Shown here: piece by piece, positions 10,014-19,678 of the stretch
How positions within the stretch are numbered: position 1 is the first letter of the stretch
Layout: each line of letters starts with the position of its first letter
Source: Candidatus Cloacimonadales bacterium
GTDB taxonomy: Bacteria; Cloacimonadota; Cloacimonadia; Cloacimonadales; JAIOQZ01
NCBI GenBank assembly: GCA_963665815.1
Contig: OY762463.1
Location: forward strand, 608,001 to 672,000
Direction of reading: 5' to 3'
Length of the DNA stretch: 64,000 nt
Made by a program: the position numbers and the translations under genes
Notes under the pieces: generated by a model
What the model was told of the DNA's origin: nothing
The model's input: the letters and a program-made list of their open reading frames with translations, nothing else
Database searches by the model: none

Positions 10014-10104
10014 CAGGAGAAACAAAGTAATATTGCACAATTATAAATAAACTTGACTTACTTTCATCCCGCATCTTTTATTTACATATACTCAAGGAGG
10101 AATT

Positions 10105-10794
10105 ATGAGAAAATTGTTTTTATTTGTTTTTTTAGTTTGTCTTAGCACTGTTTGTATTGCTGAAGAAAGACCGGATTCAATATTGGCCGTTACTCTTGTA
10201 TCATTTAATTTAAGCACTTCCATAGGATTAGACCTTCAAGTATCATGGTCTACTGCTCAGGAGACAAATGTTCTAGGATATAGAATTTATCGAAATACAA
10301 CGAATGATTTTACTACAGCCCTTCCCTTGTTCAATGATTTGATAAGTGCAACAAACACAGATTCCATGGCTTACTACACATATAATGATCTTACCGTACA
10401 AAACAGTCATACTTACTATTACTGGCTCAGTGCTGTTGATTTTGCTAATACGAATTTACTGTTCGGACCTTTGGATGTTGAGTTTGCAATAATAGGTTAT
10501 GATGATAATTATTTGGCAGAAAGTCTCACAAACCTCAAAAACGCTTACCCGAATCCATTCAACCCGGAGACCAAAATAGAACTTTCCATTAAAGATAACG
10601 AAACCGGCGAACTCACTATCCTGAATATTAAAGGGCAGGTAATAAGACGAATTACCAATCTTACTGCCGGAAACCATACTTATACATGGAACGGCACAGA
10701 TGAAACAGGTAAGGACGTAGCTTCCGGAATTTACTACTACAGTCTTAAAACCCAAACTACTGATATACTGAAGAAAATGGTGTTGATTAAGTAG
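10105..10794 (+). CDS. Small secreted protein with FN3-like domain and T9SS-type (FlgD-Ig) C-terminal domain
   Basis: Signal peptide; 'LAVTLVSF...W.T..ETN..GY.IYR...YYYWL'; YPNPFNPET...SGIYYY...KKMVLIK. Confidence 0.85.
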   Translation: MRKLFLFVFLVCLSTVCIAEERPDSILAVTLVSFNLSTSIGLDLQVSWSTAQETNVLGYRIYRNTTNDFTTALPLFNDLISATNTDSMAYYTYNDLTVQNSHTYYYWLSAVDFANTNLLFGPLDVEFAIIGYDDNYLAESLTNLKNAYPNPFNPETKIELSIKDNETGELTILNIKGQVIRRITNLTAGNHTYTWNGTDETGKDVASGIYYYSLKTQTTDILKKMVLIK

Positions 10795-10804
10795 GGGAAA
10801 ATTT

Positions 10805-10830
10805 AAGGGCTGCAGTTTTTGCAGCCCTTT
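10805..10830 (+). terminator. Intrinsic terminator
   Basis: Stem aagggctgca/tgcagccctt after the stop at 10794. Confidence 0.8.
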
Positions 10831-10945
10831 GTATATAAAGTTCCTCTCTAGTTTTGATCTTAAGATATTTCATTTTAGTATATAATGTTTTATCCTTTCT
10901 AATAACCTGTAGATACGACTTTTCCTTTCTTGAAAAATCCAACTC

Positions 10946-11395
10946 TCACTCTGCATATTCCTGTTTTCCATCTTGAGAAGTACTTATAAATCTATTACTG
11001 ACAAACAAATCCCAGCCTACAGAGAATGATATCGAAGTCAGGAAGTAACATACATAGTCTTTCCAGAATCTTTTTAGTAAATAGACGATATCAGGTGGAA
11101 AATGTTTAAAACCAACACATAGGATTGTTATAAAAGAAAAAGAGTAGAAAACAGCAAAAACAATTTGTAACACAATGATTAAACTTCTACTCCTCAGCTT
11201 GCAGATGAAAAAATTTGCTGGTGTAAAAATGAGTAAAATCACACAAAGTATTGCTAAATACAATACACATAATTCCAAGAGATCTGATAATGAAGTGAAA
11301 CTAGTAAAAAAAGTATATATTATCAATAAAAAAGTCAACACAAGGATAGCGAAATTCCGGTGTTTAATCTTCTTGTTTACAGGTTCTTTATCCAA
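10946..11395 (-). CDS. Hypothetical membrane protein (~4 TM)
   Basis: Four hydrophobic segments; GAGGGGG RBS upstream. Confidence 0.6.
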   Translation of the reverse strand: MDKEPVNKKIKHRNFAILVLTFLLIIYTFFTSFTSLSDLLELCVLYLAILCVILLIFTPANFFICKLRSRSLIIVLQIVFAVFYSFSFITILCVGFKHFPPDIVYLLKRFWKDYVCYFLTSISFSVGWDLFVSNRFISTSQDGKQEYAE

Positions 11396-11418
11396 AACAT
11401 CCCCCTCATAAGATTTTT

Positions 11419-11796
11419 TCAGAGACTGTCAATTCCTGTTCCGATAACATAAGAAAACTGTATATACAACGCTAAAATCATCGATATCACAACATTGAAC
11501 AAAAACAACAGGATTCTTGAGAGTTTTTTCTCAATACCCTTAAGATTCCATAAAATCATGAGCAGACTCATTATCCCTAAAGCAATCATCAGGCTTATTT
11601 CTGTTAATTCAGGTATTCCATGAGACGGTAATGAATATACTGCTCCTTTTCCAAACTCATTCCCTTGAAGAGACGGATTCATTTTTAATCTTAAATAGTA
11701 ATCCAATAGAAGAATTAGCAAGTGTCCTATTGTCCAGACAAGTGCTCCTGAGAAGAGTTTAACGATTTTTGACAATTTATTTAAATCTGTTCTCAT
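11419..11796 (-). CDS. Hypothetical membrane protein (~3 TM)
   Basis: Three hydrophobic segments; co-oriented with its neighbours. Confidence 0.6.
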   Translation of the reverse strand: MRTDLNKLSKIVKLFSGALVWTIGHLLILLLDYYLRLKMNPSLQGNEFGKGAVYSLPSHGIPELTEISLMIALGIMSLLMILWNLKGIEKKLSRILLFLFNVVISMILALYIQFSYVIGTGIDSL

Positions 11797-11980
11797 CTAT
11801 TTTGATTTTCCTTCCAGTATCAATTGTAAATTGATCATTTCCCTCAACATATTCCAAATCATCTCTCCGTTCTACGTATAAACCAACATCTTCATTTAGA
11901 TTCAACATTTCAATCAAAGCAAGTCTCGATTGATAAAGGAAACCAAGGTTTTGCTCTTTAGCTGAATATTTATCACACAT
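11777..11980 (-). pseudogene. Truncated N-terminus of a Cap4/DUF4297-like (ABC-three-component/Lamassu-type) nuclease
   Basis: 'SAKEQNLGFLYQSRLAL...LYVERRDDLEY' resembles the G-Y/F-x-Y-Q...E-x-x-DD opening of this family; ends after 67 aa, before the QxK motif. Confidence 0.5.
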
Positions 11981-12334
11981 TTTTTTTTCTACTAATCCTT
12001 AAGTTACTATTAGAAACAATCATACAAGTATATTTAAAGTATTTAGTTAATAAAATTTGATAATATGTAAAAAAAATGTCAAGTGAATATTTAATCCATG
12101 TTTTTTTCAAAATCCCTTCTCCCCTTCCCCCAACAAATTTTACTTTACAGAAAACCTGTCTGCAAATTACTTTTCTTTGAAAAGTACGAGATATCTATTA
12201 TATTATCAATCAATAAGTTATAGGTTGAGTCGTTTTAGGTTCATGTTTCGTACTTACATAATCTACTGATTTACAGAATAAAATTTTGCTGTTCCGCATC
12301 ATATTTTTTTGCGGGATATATATAAGGAGTAAAA

Positions 12335-13711
12335 ATGAAAGTTGGATTTAAATTTCCTGCAGAACCTCGTCAAACTGCACTTCATAATGTTGAAGAATGG
12401 TATCAGAAATTAATTTGTGAAAAACTCGGACGCGAATACGAACCTATCAAGCGTTCTAACTTCGGTCAATACTCCATGGCAGTTAACTACATAACATCCG
12501 TTATGGAAGAAGCTGTTGCTATAGAAAAAGTTGCCATATTCAATATCGACCATATGGCACAGATTCAGTTCAAGGGTGCTGATGCGGAAGCTCTTCTCGA
12601 CAGAGTTCTCCCTGCGAATATCCCTTCCATGAAGATCGGTCAGTGTAAATATACTCTCCTGCTTACCGAGCAGGGAACTGTTCTCGATGACCTTATCATC
12701 ATGAAACAGGCTGACGATGACTTTATCCTGGTTATCAACGCCGGACACGACATTACAGATACAGCCGAAGATCATGGCGAAATGAAAGAATTCACTGCAG
12801 ATGCAGATTTCATTCTTTCCTATAAAAAAGACAACGAAGATGTGGACGTAAAAGATATTTCTGCTGAGCTCGTAAAAATCGATGTTCAGGGTCCGCTCTC
12901 CTATAAATTACTGAAAGAACTCTACGGTCAGGAAGTTCTGAGAAACAGGAACAAACCAGCTAAAAACATGGGATTCTTCTCATTCAATAACTTCACTTAC
13001 GAAGGAAATGACTATATTCTCAGCAGAACCGGTTACACAAACCGTTGGGGATGGGAATTATACGTTCCTGTAGCTGTTGCTGAAGATCAGTTCAAGAGAA
13101 TCGCAGAAAAAGCTCTGGAGCTTGGCGGTCTGGTTGTTGGTCTTGGCGGTAGAGATGAAAACAGAATCTCAGCCGGACAGTACGGTCTACCGTTAAACGG
13201 ATCAGAATACGATCCTCAGCATACTCCGACTAACTCACCTCTGTTCAACGCAGCAGTTGATATGACTAAAGAAAACTTTGTCGGTAAAAAAGCCCTCGAA
13301 GAAGATGATACAACTCAGAAAATGGTTGTAGTAATCAGCGAAGGTATTGTTGTGGGCAGAGCTGTTTATAAAGACGGACAGAGACTTGGAAAGGTAACTT
13401 CCAGCATTAATTCACCTAACGTTTCTCTTGAGAAAAGACTGCTTATCGGCTCAAAGAGAAAGTATGTGAATCAGGAAAACGGTTACGCGGCAATCGGACT
13501 TGCCTGGTTGAATAACACACCTTTCGAGGTTGATGCCGATGGTAAAGAAATAATGGAAAAAGACGGTAAACCTGTTTACATTCCTGTGGAATTCTTTACA
13601 GAACTGGAAGACGGATCAATAAAAGGAAAAGCTTTAAAAGGATTTATCAGCAGTGACGGAATCAATCCTGCAACTGCTCCAAGACCTTTAAAAAACATAG
13701 AAAAATTATAA
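12335..13711 (+). CDS. gcvT: Aminomethyltransferase (glycine cleavage T protein family)
   Basis: 'FNIDHMAQI', 'KYTLLLTEQGTVLDDLII', 'VINAG', 'DVQGP', 'SRTGYT...GWELY', 'GLGGRD..R'. Confidence 0.85.
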   Translation: MKVGFKFPAEPRQTALHNVEEWYQKLICEKLGREYEPIKRSNFGQYSMAVNYITSVMEEAVAIEKVAIFNIDHMAQIQFKGADAEALLDRVLPANIPSMKIGQCKYTLLLTEQGTVLDDLIIMKQADDDFILVINAGHDITDTAEDHGEMKEFTADADFILSYKKDNEDVDVKDISAELVKIDVQGPLSYKLLKELYGQEVLRNRNKPAKNMGFFSFNNFTYEGNDYILSRTGYTNRWGWELYVPVAVAEDQFKRIAEKALELGGLVVGLGGRDENRISAGQYGLPLNGSEYDPQHTPTNSPLFNAAVDMTKENFVGKKALEEDDTTQKMVVVISEGIVVGRAVYKDGQRLGKVTSSINSPNVSLEKRLLIGSKRKYVNQENGYAAIGLAWLNNTPFEVDADGKEIMEKDGKPVYIPVEFFTELEDGSIKGKALKGFISSDGINPATAPRPLKNIEKL

Positions 13712-13718
13712 GATTGGT

Positions 13719-14252
13719 ATGGAATTAACAGAAAAGAACTATAGAGGTATAAAATATTGTATTAAATGCGGATCAGACCTGGATATCAGGAACGATCGAG
13801 AAGGGAAACTTCGTCCGCACTGTGACTCCTGCGGCTGGATTTACTACCGTAACCCGGTACCGGCAGCAGCCTGTATCGTGTTTAAGGATGATCAGCTTTT
13901 GATCATCAAGCGTAAGTTTGAACCGAAAGCAGGAGAATGGGCTCTACCGAGTGGTTATATAGAACTGTATGACACACCCGCAGAGACTGCTGTTACAGAG
14001 CTGGAAGAAGAGACCGGACTGATTGGTGAATCGGATATTTCACTTGGTCATTACGCAGGTAATTCTCCATTGTATGATCGTATAATATCTTTCGGATATA
14101 TCATGAAGGTAACCGGAGGTAAGCTTCAGGCAGGCGATGACGCTGCTGAAGCGTGCTATGTCAACATTAACGAAATACCGGAACTTGCATTTGATTCACA
14201 CGAATATTTCGTTGAGGAAGCTTTAAAAATACGAGCTTTGCATAATAGCTGA
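13719..14252 (+). CDS. NUDIX hydrolase with N-terminal zinc ribbon
   Basis: CxxCG...CxxCG then NPVP; Nudix box 'PSGYIELYDTPAETAVTELEEETG'. Confidence 0.9.
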   Translation: MELTEKNYRGIKYCIKCGSDLDIRNDREGKLRPHCDSCGWIYYRNPVPAAACIVFKDDQLLIIKRKFEPKAGEWALPSGYIELYDTPAETAVTELEEETGLIGESDISLGHYAGNSPLYDRIISFGYIMKVTGGKLQAGDDAAEACYVNINEIPELAFDSHEYFVEEALKIRALHNS

Positions 14253-14343
14253 AAATTGAATCGACACTTTGACTTTCAACTGAAAGTATGAGAAGAGACT
14301 ATTCCGGTTATGCAAAGCATAAAACTACAAAAAGGATTAAAAG

Positions 14344-16992
14344 ATGGATATAAGTAAAACATATCAACCGAATGAAATAGAAAAAAAATGGTATAATTAC
14401 TGGATGGAAAACAAATATTTCCATGCGGAAAAAGATGAAACGAAGAAACCGTTTTCAATCCTGATTCCACCACCAAACGTTACCGGAATCCTGCACATGG
14501 GACACGTTCTCAATAATACTCTTCAGGATACATTAATCCGCTATAAGAGAATGACAGGTGTTCCGACTCTCTGGCTGCCGGGTGTAGACCATGCCGGAAT
14601 CGCAACCCAGAACGTTGTTGAAAAAGGACTCAAAGCAGAAGGTCTTACCAGACACCAGCTTGGTAGAGAAAAACTGCTGGAAAGAATCTGGAAATGGAAA
14701 GATGAAAAGGGCGGAAGAATAATTGAGCAGCTTAAACAGCTTGGTTGTTCCTGCGACTGGGACAGAGAACGTTTCACTATGGACGAAGTTCTCTCCAAAG
14801 CAGTTAAAGAAGTTTTCGTTCACCTGTACGAAAAAGACCTTATATATAAAGGTAAATACATTATCAACTGGTGTCCACGCTGTACAACAGCTCTCGCAAA
14901 CGATGAAGTTGATTACGAAGACGAAAAAGGCAAGCTCTGGAATATCAAATATCCTCTTAAGAGCGGTAAAGGATTCCTCACAATTGCCACAACCAGACCT
15001 GAAACAATGCTGGGTGATGTTGCAGTAGCTGTTAATCCTAAAGACGAACGTTATGCAGATTTAATCGGTGAGACACTGATTCTGCCATTCGTTGAAAGAG
15101 AAATTCCTATCATCGCAGATGATTATGTAGAAAAAGATTTCGGAAGCGGATGTGTTAAGATTACGCCTGCTCATGATCCTAATGATTTTGAAGTAGGTCT
15201 GAGACACGATCTTGAGCGTATCCTTATTATGGATGAGCACGGTGTAATGAATGAAAAAGCCGGAAAGGATTTTGAAGGTATGGACCGTTATGAATGCCGT
15301 AAGAAAATCCTTGAAATGCTTAAAGAACGCGATCTGCTTGCTGAGATAGAAGATCATGACCATCAGGTTGGACACTGCTACAGATGTGCAACTGTTATAG
15401 AACCGTACTTGTCAGATCAGTGGTTTGTACGCATGAAGCCTCTTGCAGAAAGAGCAATTGATGTTGTTAAGAGCGGAGAAATCAAGCTTGTTCCCGAGCG
15501 ATGGACTAAGGTTTACCTGCACTGGATGGATAACATTCGTGATTGGTGTATTTCCCGTCAGATCTGGTGGGGACACAGAATCCCTGTATTCTATTGTGAT
15601 GAATGTGGTGAGATGACTGTGACTACCGAAGACATTACAGAATGTCCAAAGTGTAAAAACGGTAATATCAGACAGGACGAAGACGTTCTTGATACCTGGT
15701 TCTCATCATGGTTATGGCCTTTTTCAACAATGGGCTGGCCGGAAGAAACAGAAGATCTGAACTACTTCCTTCCTACGAGCACGCTTGTAACAGCACCGGG
15801 AATTATCTATCTGTGGGTTGCCAGAATGATTATGTCTACTCTAGAATTCAGAGATGTAATTCCATTTGATACAGTACTTCTGCACGGTATGGTCCTGGAT
15901 GAAACCGGAAGAAAAATGAGTAAATCTTTCGGGAACTCACCTGATCCTATCGATATCATCGAATCACACGGAGCAGACGCTCTCAGATTCAGCATGATAT
16001 TCAATACACCTCGTGGTCAGGACAGTTATTATTCAGAAGCTATTCTCGATAACGGACGTAACTTTGCCAATAAAATCTGGAATGCTTACCGTTACATTAT
16101 GGGTAATGTTGAGAACATCGAAGGGCTCCAAACTAAGGATGAGCTTAAGATGGAACTGGCTGATCACTGGATTTACAGCCGTCTTAACAACACAGTAAAA
16201 ACTGTAATAGATAATCTTGAGAAACTCAGATTCAACGATGCTGCTTCTGCTATGCAGGACTTCATCTGGAAGGAATATTGTTCCTGGTATCTTGAGCTTT
16301 CCAAAGAACGTATATATGATAAGGAAAATGCTGAAGGTCAGAAAACGGCTAAATACATTCTGCTTGATATTCTGGAAAAATCCATGCGTTTACTGCATCC
16401 GATTATGCCGTTTATCACAGAGGAAATCTGGCAGTCACTTAAGAGCGTCTTCCCAATGGACGAAGAAGCATTGATTATTGCGAAATATCCTGTAGCAGAT
16501 GAAAACGCAATTGATCTTGAGATCGAAGCTCAGATGTCAAAGATACAGGAATGTATCTCAACGGTAAGAAACCTGAGAAAGCAGGTTAACATTGCTCCGG
16601 GTAAGAAAGTTAATATAAGTATTAAAACTGTTTCTGATGCAGATACTGAACTGACTGAGAAGTATTCTTACTACTTCCGTAAGCTTGCTAACATTGAAGA
16701 CATTAATGTTGGAACAGAGATTGATAAGCCAAAGTCTTCTATTGCTTCAGTTGCAGTAGATATGGAGATTTATCTTCATCTTGACGGATTGATTGATCTG
16801 GAAGCGGAAAAAGCAAGAATCAACAAGCAGCTTGGAAAACTGGAAGGTGAACTGAAGAGAATCAACGGAAAGCTTAATAACAAGAAGTTTGTAGATAATG
16901 CCCCGGAACAGGTAGTAACTAAGGAAAAAGAGAAATTCGAGGAAGTTTCCACTAAAGTAAACAAATTGAAGGAAATGCTCGATAACTTATAA
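14344..16992 (+). CDS. valS: Valine--tRNA ligase
   Basis: PPPNVTGILHMGH, DWCISRQIWWGH, KMSKS, C-terminal coiled coil. Confidence 0.99.
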   Translation: MDISKTYQPNEIEKKWYNYWMENKYFHAEKDETKKPFSILIPPPNVTGILHMGHVLNNTLQDTLIRYKRMTGVPTLWLPGVDHAGIATQNVVEKGLKAEGLTRHQLGREKLLERIWKWKDEKGGRIIEQLKQLGCSCDWDRERFTMDEVLSKAVKEVFVHLYEKDLIYKGKYIINWCPRCTTALANDEVDYEDEKGKLWNIKYPLKSGKGFLTIATTRPETMLGDVAVAVNPKDERYADLIGETLILPFVEREIPIIADDYVEKDFGSGCVKITPAHDPNDFEVGLRHDLERILIMDEHGVMNEKAGKDFEGMDRYECRKKILEMLKERDLLAEIEDHDHQVGHCYRCATVIEPYLSDQWFVRMKPLAERAIDVVKSGEIKLVPERWTKVYLHWMDNIRDWCISRQIWWGHRIPVFYCDECGEMTVTTEDITECPKCKNGNIRQDEDVLDTWFSSWLWPFSTMGWPEETEDLNYFLPTSTLVTAPGIIYLWVARMIMSTLEFRDVIPFDTVLLHGMVLDETGRKMSKSFGNSPDPIDIIESHGADALRFSMIFNTPRGQDSYYSEAILDNGRNFANKIWNAYRYIMGNVENIEGLQTKDELKMELADHWIYSRLNNTVKTVIDNLEKLRFNDAASAMQDFIWKEYCSWYLELSKERIYDKENAEGQKTAKYILLDILEKSMRLLHPIMPFITEEIWQSLKSVFPMDEEALIIAKYPVADENAIDLEIEAQMSKIQECISTVRNLRKQVNIAPGKKVNISIKTVSDADTELTEKYSYYFRKLANIEDINVGTEIDKPKSSIASVAVDMEIYLHLDGLIDLEAEKARINKQLGKLEGELKRINGKLNNKKFVDNAPEQVVTKEKEKFEEVSTKVNKLKEMLDNL

Positions 16993-16999
16993 ACTTGAT

Positions 17000-17028
17000 G
17001 AGACAGGTGTGATGCCTGTCTCTTTTAT
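17000..17028 (+). terminator. valS terminator
   Basis: gagacagg/cctgtctc stem followed by a T-tract. Confidence 0.85.
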
Positions 17029-17036
17029 TATTTTCC

Positions 17037-17066
17037 CTTGCGAATGGTTGCAGACCTTCGCAATGG
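17037..17066. repeat. REP-like palindrome
   Basis: CTTGCGAATGGTTGCAGACCTTCGCAATGG; the same half-sites recur at 53018-53048 and a related hairpin lies in each 166-bp array unit. Confidence 0.6.
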
Positions 17067-17103
17067 TGTGAAAGAATAGTGATCATCTCAAAGGAGAAAA
17101 GAT

Positions 17104-17307
17104 ATGAGAACAGTACTTGAAGTTTCAGACTCAAGCGGACACAGCACATTTGTTGTTGTACCTAAAATACGCGAATTTTTTATAGGACTTGGCAACGTAA
17201 TCCTTGTTTTTGACAATGGAGACAAACGTACTCTCAACACAAACGAACCTAAAGAACTTGTAAAACAACTGACAGAAACTATAGAGACTTATTATAAGAA
17301 TAAGTAA
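17104..17307 (+). CDS. Small hypothetical protein (67 aa)
   Basis: AAGGAG RBS; downstream hairpin; a duplicate of its 3' end at 18683 differs mainly at synonymous sites, implying selection on the protein. Confidence 0.7.
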   Translation: MRTVLEVSDSSGHSTFVVVPKIREFFIGLGNVILVFDNGDKRTLNTNEPKELVKQLTETIETYYKNK

Positions 17308-17331
17308 TGTTATCTGGCAAAATAATATATT

Positions 17332-17352
17332 AACCACTCGAAAGAGTGGTTT
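17332..17352. terminator. Hairpin terminator between convergent genes
   Basis: aaccactc-gaaa-gagtggtt. Confidence 0.75.
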
Positions 17353-17369
17353 CTATTGTGTAATGATTT

Positions 17370-18566
17370 TTATTTAACAATCCTGTATTTCCTGTAAAGA
17401 TTATTGAAAATAACTGAAATCTCTTCCCCATTTCCGGAAATCTGAAGATTAGGGTTGAAGTCAAGGTGTTTCCAAGATTTTATTGTTGTAAGTTTGTCCT
17501 TGAAAAGTAACTTTGATTTGCGGTAATCAATTATATATAAGGATTCTTCGAAAATTTCAGCAGCTATACCGGAGTCACTGTCTGCAAGAAATAGACAACC
17601 TCCCCCTTTTAGTTCAACAACATCCCCACTGTTAATATCGACTATCATTCCCTCTTCACTGTTACTGCAGAAGAATAATTTCTCATCTATTGAAAAACCG
17701 GCATTACAGAAATTACCCTGCACCCTTGCACATTCTTTACCACGTTTATCAATTAGAACAGTTTCACTGTTACAACATATCAGAACATAATCCTTACTTT
17801 CACTTGTAACAAATTTGTGATGCGTTTTCTCTGGAGCAAAATACTTATGTGATACTGAATCATTTCTGCTAATGAAGAATACTCCTTCATTACTGTTTAC
17901 ATTATCACTCCCCTCACTTATATCATCATTAATAAAAATCCTTGCTTCAATATCGTTCATGTAATATGCAATACATCCAGAAGTTCCGGCATCAACGATA
18001 TTCATCTCATCCTCATAGACTCTAACCCTTTCACCGGTTTTGATGTTGAAAATTCTGTTTTGATCAAGAGAATAAAATGAATTATAGAACCCATTTTCGT
18101 TAATCCTTAATGGTGCATGATTCTTTACAGATGATTTAATTTTTTTGTAGGATGAAGCATTAAATGAATAGAAATCTGCAAATGTCTCATAGCTAATGAA
18201 ATCATTTGTATCAACTTCATAGGAGCAAACGTATTTCCCATACTCAGAAAAAGCCACATGTTCTGCAGAAATAACTTCAGGTGAGGACAAAATCCCACCA
18301 AACAGCAAAAGCTCAGATACATCCTGTCCCTGATTCAGTTTATAAAGATCATGACTATACCAGACAAGCATCAAATCTCCACTGTTATGTTCATCTGGTT
18401 CTGTAAAAGCTGATTTAACTACCGGATAACTGAATCTATATTCCTCGGTGACAGTATAATTGCAGATTTGTTCTTGTGATCTGATATAACTCATGTTAAT
18501 GAGTAAAGAATCATTTGCGAACATATTGGACACTACAAAAAACATAAAATATCTTATCAACTTCAT
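17370..18566 (-). CDS. Secreted hypothetical protein, probable beta-propeller
   Basis: N-terminal signal-like segment; beta-rich repeats such as 'AGFSIDEKLFFC' and 'LQISGNGEEISV'. Confidence 0.6.
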   Translation of the reverse strand: MKLIRYFMFFVVSNMFANDSLLINMSYIRSQEQICNYTVTEEYRFSYPVVKSAFTEPDEHNSGDLMLVWYSHDLYKLNQGQDVSELLLFGGILSSPEVISAEHVAFSEYGKYVCSYEVDTNDFISYETFADFYSFNASSYKKIKSSVKNHAPLRINENGFYNSFYSLDQNRIFNIKTGERVRVYEDEMNIVDAGTSGCIAYYMNDIEARIFINDDISEGSDNVNSNEGVFFISRNDSVSHKYFAPEKTHHKFVTSESKDYVLICCNSETVLIDKRGKECARVQGNFCNAGFSIDEKLFFCSNSEEGMIVDINSGDVVELKGGGCLFLADSDSGIAAEIFEESLYIIDYRKSKLLFKDKLTTIKSWKHLDFNPNLQISGNGEEISVIFNNLYRKYRIVK

Positions 18567-18682
18567 TATTCCTCACTTACCCTGAATACTGTTAACAAAT
18601 TTCTATAATATAATTATAAGATAATTGAGAAATGTTTTACAGCAAGTGCTAAAACAGAAAAATTACAGGATTTTGGTCATTC

Positions 18683-18757
18683 CTCAACACAAACGAACCC
18701 AAAGAACTTGTAAAACAACTGACGGAAACTATAGAGACTTATTATAAGAATAGGTAG
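18683..18757 (+). repeat. 75-bp direct repeat of the 3' end of ORF 17104-17307
   Basis: 71/75 identical to 17233-17307. Confidence 0.95.
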
Positions 18758-18825
18758 GTAACAATTAGCTTTATGCAATCATCTTTCAAGACTAGTAGTT
18801 TAAAACATTGAAAATTTGAATATAC

Positions 18826-18853
18826 AAAAAAGGAGTAACGAATTACTCCTTTT
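18826..18853 (-). terminator. Terminator of the porU-lipoprotein gene run
   Basis: aaaaggagtaa/ttactcctttt stem with A/T tracts. Confidence 0.85.
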
Positions 18854-18872
18854 AAATTTATAAGATAGTTTT

Positions 18873-19640
18873 CTATCTAGCTGTTTCTTCATGAACCTTA
18901 TTTCTGTAATAATCAACCATTCTTTCTTTCATTTTCTTGTTTTCTTCAAAAATGCGCTCAGCATTTTTTCCGGATGAAACAATATTCCCTGTTCCTCCGG
19001 CATGTTCGTATATTAGTTCATATACCCAGAAAACATCATTCAGAAAATAAACTAACTGTCCTAATGACAGATAGTAATCAGTATATCTTTCCTGTGATGA
19101 AGGCAGCCAGTTGGCAGGCAATGTAACTCCTCTATCCGAGGAATCCAGCATTTTATATTTATCACCAGATTCATCATCAATAAAATAAGAACCCCATATA
19201 CACAATTCATCAGGATTATTATCCAGATCCCATGATATTGGATAAGACGATGAAGGATCATACGTTTCGGGATACGATATGTTCTGAAATTCTGATGCTC
19301 TGACAAAGTCTACATTAATTTCATCTGTACTATCTATAAGACAGGATATGCTCAGAGTATCACCATAATTTGACTCAATACTGCCGTAGCAATAGTAGTT
19401 TCGACTTGAAAGATCAACTTCTACAGTTTGTCCATTTACTTCTAATTCAACTGACTGCATATCTGTTTCGTCAACCTTAGACACATAAAACATCGCATCT
19501 TCACCAACCTGGAATATGCTGATTTCGTATTTCGATCTGTCTTCTTCAAATCCGGTAATAAGATAGTTCTTGCTACCTCCATCATCCTTACAAGCAAAGA
19601 TTGAGATTAACAGTAATACAATTAATAAATGTTTTAACAT
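18873..19640 (-). CDS. Lipoprotein (paralog of 19679-20455)
   Basis: Lipobox IFAC; shares 'YL.T...EDRSKYEI', 'INVDF.R' and 'W.L.NNPDEL' with its neighbour. Confidence 0.8.
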   Translation of the reverse strand: MLKHLLIVLLLISIFACKDDGGSKNYLITGFEEDRSKYEISIFQVGEDAMFYVSKVDETDMQSVELEVNGQTVEVDLSSRNYYCYGSIESNYGDTLSISCLIDSTDEINVDFVRASEFQNISYPETYDPSSSYPISWDLDNNPDELCIWGSYFIDDESGDKYKMLDSSDRGVTLPANWLPSSQERYTDYYLSLGQLVYFLNDVFWVYELIYEHAGGTGNIVSSGKNAERIFEENKKMKERMVDYYRNKVHEETAR

Positions 19641-19678
19641 ACTTTCTCCTTATTTTGTTTCTTACTATTCGTTAATTA

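Noticed and set aside
12000-12334. Glycine riboswitch upstream of gcvT
   Set aside because: No GGAGA...CCGAAG...CTCTCAGG aptamer motifs
14253-14343. T-box leader for valS
   Set aside because: The intergenic space is only ~90 bp and has no T-box motif; the metG leader is likewise too short
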